Below, one piece after another: positions 60,418-64,000 of a stretch of 64,000 nt of DNA. The stretch spans positions 178,374,001-178,438,000 of the forward strand of contig OZ024741.1 in the NCBI GenBank assembly GCA_964016885.1, written 5' to 3'. The notes below the pieces were generated by a model. That model saw only the letters and a list, made by a program, of their open reading frames with translations. It was not told the origin of the DNA and did no database searches. The position numbers and the translations under genes are program-made. The DNA is from Eledone cirrhosa. Its lineage: Eukaryota. Each line of letters opens with the position of its first letter. The stretch's first letter is position 1.

Positions 60418-61237
60418 ATGTAGAACAACAAAGGGTTTATAAATACGCTGTATTTCTAGTAGTTAACGCAAGTAGCATTGTCATATTGACGCGTGTTTCT
60501 TACTTCAAACTGTTGTGCTCAATCTATCATGACATCAATTCCATTTGTTAGAAAGGCTCGGCTAAATTTCCAGACTCTCCAAGAAACGAATATTTCCGAG
60601 CTTCATGGCTCTTATAAAGAACAATTTATTAAAAAATAATAAATATGTTTCGGTGGGTTTTGATAACACTGATAAAAGGTCAGTAACAAATCTAACAAGG
60701 CATCATTGAACATAACCCACCACTTAACTAACTAAAGAAGAATATATGAAACGGTGAGGTATGTGTGTGGCAGTAGAACAAAACGTTGGATGCTGTGAGG
60801 CACTGAGAAAGGTCGCTTAACCATAAAAAAGAAATGTGGTAAAGCAATGCAAATGAAAGGAATTTATGGTGGATAATCCTATTATAAGTAAAAGTCGTAA
60901 CGTAAAGGGGTAATATAAAGAGAAAAGGTAAAAACAAGATACGTTAAAGTTGAATAAAGAAACATAACAGGCGAGAAAAAATGAAAGAACAGATTTAAAA
61001 TTACAACTTTGCTTCAATTTCGATGACAGAGACCGATTCAACATTCTTTTTCTAAGAGAAGAGCAGCAATTGGGCATTAGAAAATAATGCTTGGGGCGAA
61101 AGCATCAGCTAGGTGTTCAAATGTGTGTATCTGTGAATGGAAAGTATCAGGTGGGTATTTGAACGAGCGTATCGTGTCGTACATGTGTGTGTTGGATTAT
61201 ATATATGTATATATGTATGTGTGTGTGTATGTGTATG

Positions 61238-61373
<136 letters not shown>

Positions 61374-62705
61374 TTGAGAGAGAGATTGAGAGAGAGGGGT
61401 GAGAGAGAATAACGAATACAACATTCTATATCTATTTTATTTGTATTTTAAAATGCATCCAACAACGAATTGCTCAACTTGTGTCATAAATTGATTTCCA
61501 TAACTGCCTTTAGTTTAAAGATGGTGTACTCTGCGATGTCAATAGAGTGCAGCGCTATGCAGGAACAATGTTATCATTGCGTAATATACCAGAAGAGTAA
61601 TCTAATAAACATTTTCAGATATTATATCCCAATAACCGGATGTAAGAATTAGCTTCAGGATATAAAGCTGCTCACAATGAGATTCGAATTAATGCATGCC
61701 CTTGTGATTTAAGGACAGTTTTATTTCTCTGTTGGAAATTCGGAATTACACAAATGATAGCATGCAATGGTGGATATTACATCAGTAATAATACATAATT
61801 AAACTTCTGTAAAACTCAGAAGGTATCTATTTGAAACAACCCACATGTTGTGAGATAACGTATGTATTATATGAATTCGATTAACTCTTATTGTTATATA
61901 TATTTTCTTCCACCAGATGTTGCATCATATGAGCCACGGATAAGGAATCCCGTGAAAACAAAAATCCCCAATTCGCCTTGTCCCTGTGAATGCATCACGC
62001 GATGTATGTTGCAAATGCTATGAATACATCGTACAAGAAGCTGATCTGTATGAAATACAACGAACTAAGAAGGTGTCATTGTCCCGAAAGCTCACAGAAG
62101 TCTCCCAAGTTATATCACTGCCCTCAAGTATCGGCAAAATATGTATAAAACATAGTATATCTCGGGTAGCTGATTGTTTTAGATGTTAAGCCAGTGCCAC
62201 TAGTGAGTTCCACGTGTATATGGAGAAAAAAGGGTCAGATTTGTATCTAGTAAAGTGGCCTACAGTAGCCGATTTAATATTTTCCTAAGTATTTCTTTTA
62301 TTTTACATTGTGGTGTGTAGTCATGTTGATTATTGTTTTCAGAATCACTAATTGGCGGAGTTTTTGATAGAAATATTGAGGAAAGCGTATGTGTAAAACT
62401 CAGACTGAATAAATACGACAGATGTGTTTGTTCGATACACCAGTTTATCGGTCATTTTCACACCGTTGTGTAATTTTTCGGTGATATACAAAGCACTCAT
62501 GTAAACGCACGCACACACATATACGCACATACAAATACATACAACTCGTTAGTTAATAAAGCTAGAATAAGGAGATTTAGTTCACATTGTCTGAAGAAAC
62601 ATAATATGAAGAAACTAGTAGTTGTAAAGTAATTAAATATTATGTAGTAATCTACAATTCAGCTCTGGCCTCTCTTTTATTCGTACTAGTTTAGGCTTAT
62701 ATACA

Positions 62706-62773
<68 letters not shown>

Positions 62774-63039
62774 TCATTTAGGTTTGTTGGTTCACTAGTG
62801 GATAGAACTGGTCATTCCTTATGGTCAACCTCGATGTAATATTAGGGAGAGCATTCGACGTAATGCAACTCACCCGTCTTCGTTTGTGTTGTTGGTGGTG
62901 CGAGTACGGAGTTAATTATTATAAAATAACAGGAGGCTGGACTGGTGTAATTCCTTAGAGGTTTATTATACTATGAACATTTCAATGACCGGATTCATGC
63001 TGAATCCGGTAATTGAAATGTTCATAGTACAATAAACCT

Positions 63040-63122
63040 CTACGGGGTCGATAAAATAAAGTACCAGTTATGCACTGGGTAATTGCTGGCCTTGTGCCTA
63101 AAGTAGAAACAATTATTATTAT
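63040..63122 (+). mobile_element. 5'-truncated SINE copy
   Basis: TACGGGGTCGATAAAATAAAGTACCAG...AGTAGAAACAATTATT. Confidence 0.8.
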
Positions 63123-63293
63123 TATATATATATATATATTTAGTGAAAGAGTAAAGAATAACAAGGTCGGCTGTACAAAAAGGGCTTATTTACACTACTA
63201 ACAATTGTTTCGATAATCAGGTGATTACTTTAGACGAAACGTTGTTATCCTATATATATTTATATTTATATATGTGTGTGTGTGTGTGTGCGT

Positions 63294-63381
<88 letters not shown>

Positions 63382-64000
63382 GTGTGTGTGTGTGTGTGTG
63401 CAGTTTTTATCTACCAAATTTCACCACATAATGTGTAGATCATCTCAGTAATATGTTAAAAGGCATATCAAAAATGATGAGAAGTAAGATAAAAATTTTA
63501 AAACACGTATTTGTGAAACCAGCCTGTAAGAATGTTTACCTCTTCTTAACTACGCAACCACACTTTATTTAAATTGGGGAAGTTAATTAAAATCTTAACC
63601 CTCATTGTTACTATATTTTTAACGAAAGTCACTGCCTGTTATATTCAATTCAGTTTTAAAATAATAAAAATAATTGAAATTTTTAGTAAAAATCATAACT
63701 TTCTCATTCATTCCCTGGCTTGTGTTCAGAAACTAACTTAAATATTTTTAAATAGAATTATGATAAAAGGTTTGGATATAAATATGAATACTTTAAAATA
63801 AAGATCTTAGTATCATATTTTCAGGCGGTTTTGATTCAAAATGTTTGAAGTATTCAGGTTTACCGTATTAATATTGCTTTATTTGAATACCAACGAGGCG
63901 ATAATATATTTTCATTACACTGAATAACTATAAAATATGCATAAACCTATTCATATTATATGATATTATATGAACATTTGCAAACTTTCCCCTTCAAATA

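Overview
AT-rich, microsatellite-dense eukaryotic DNA with no convincing host protein-coding gene; the SINE repertoire suggests a cephalopod (Octopus-like), which is an inference. Almost everything interpretable is mobile DNA: (i) five or six pieces of one Penelope-like retroelement (PLE) family (RT + GIY-YIG, Cys-rich linker), three of them with fold-back inversions (6023-7978 near-perfect palindrome, 45634-51533 head-to-head pair, 3429-3478 snap-back); (ii) a second PLE RT remnant; (iii) decayed R4/Dong-like and Tx1/L1-like non-LTR retrotransposons; (iv) non-autonomous Helitron-like elements, a hAT MITE with 8-bp TSD, other fold-backs and many tRNA-derived SINE copies. The main unexpected signal is a dense set of type I hammerhead-ribozyme motifs (CUGANGA...GAAA...UH, often with a short palindromic stem III), read by eye in about 8 apparently unrelated short non-coding families sitting in or beside (TA)n tracts. 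Two of these families are ~300-440 nt units with terminal redundancy, the layout expected from reverse transcription of a circular or tandem ribozyme RNA (retrozyme-like), plausibly mobilised by PLE RT. RNA structures were paired manually, not computed. Most ORFs in the supplied track are microsatellite or antisense artefacts.
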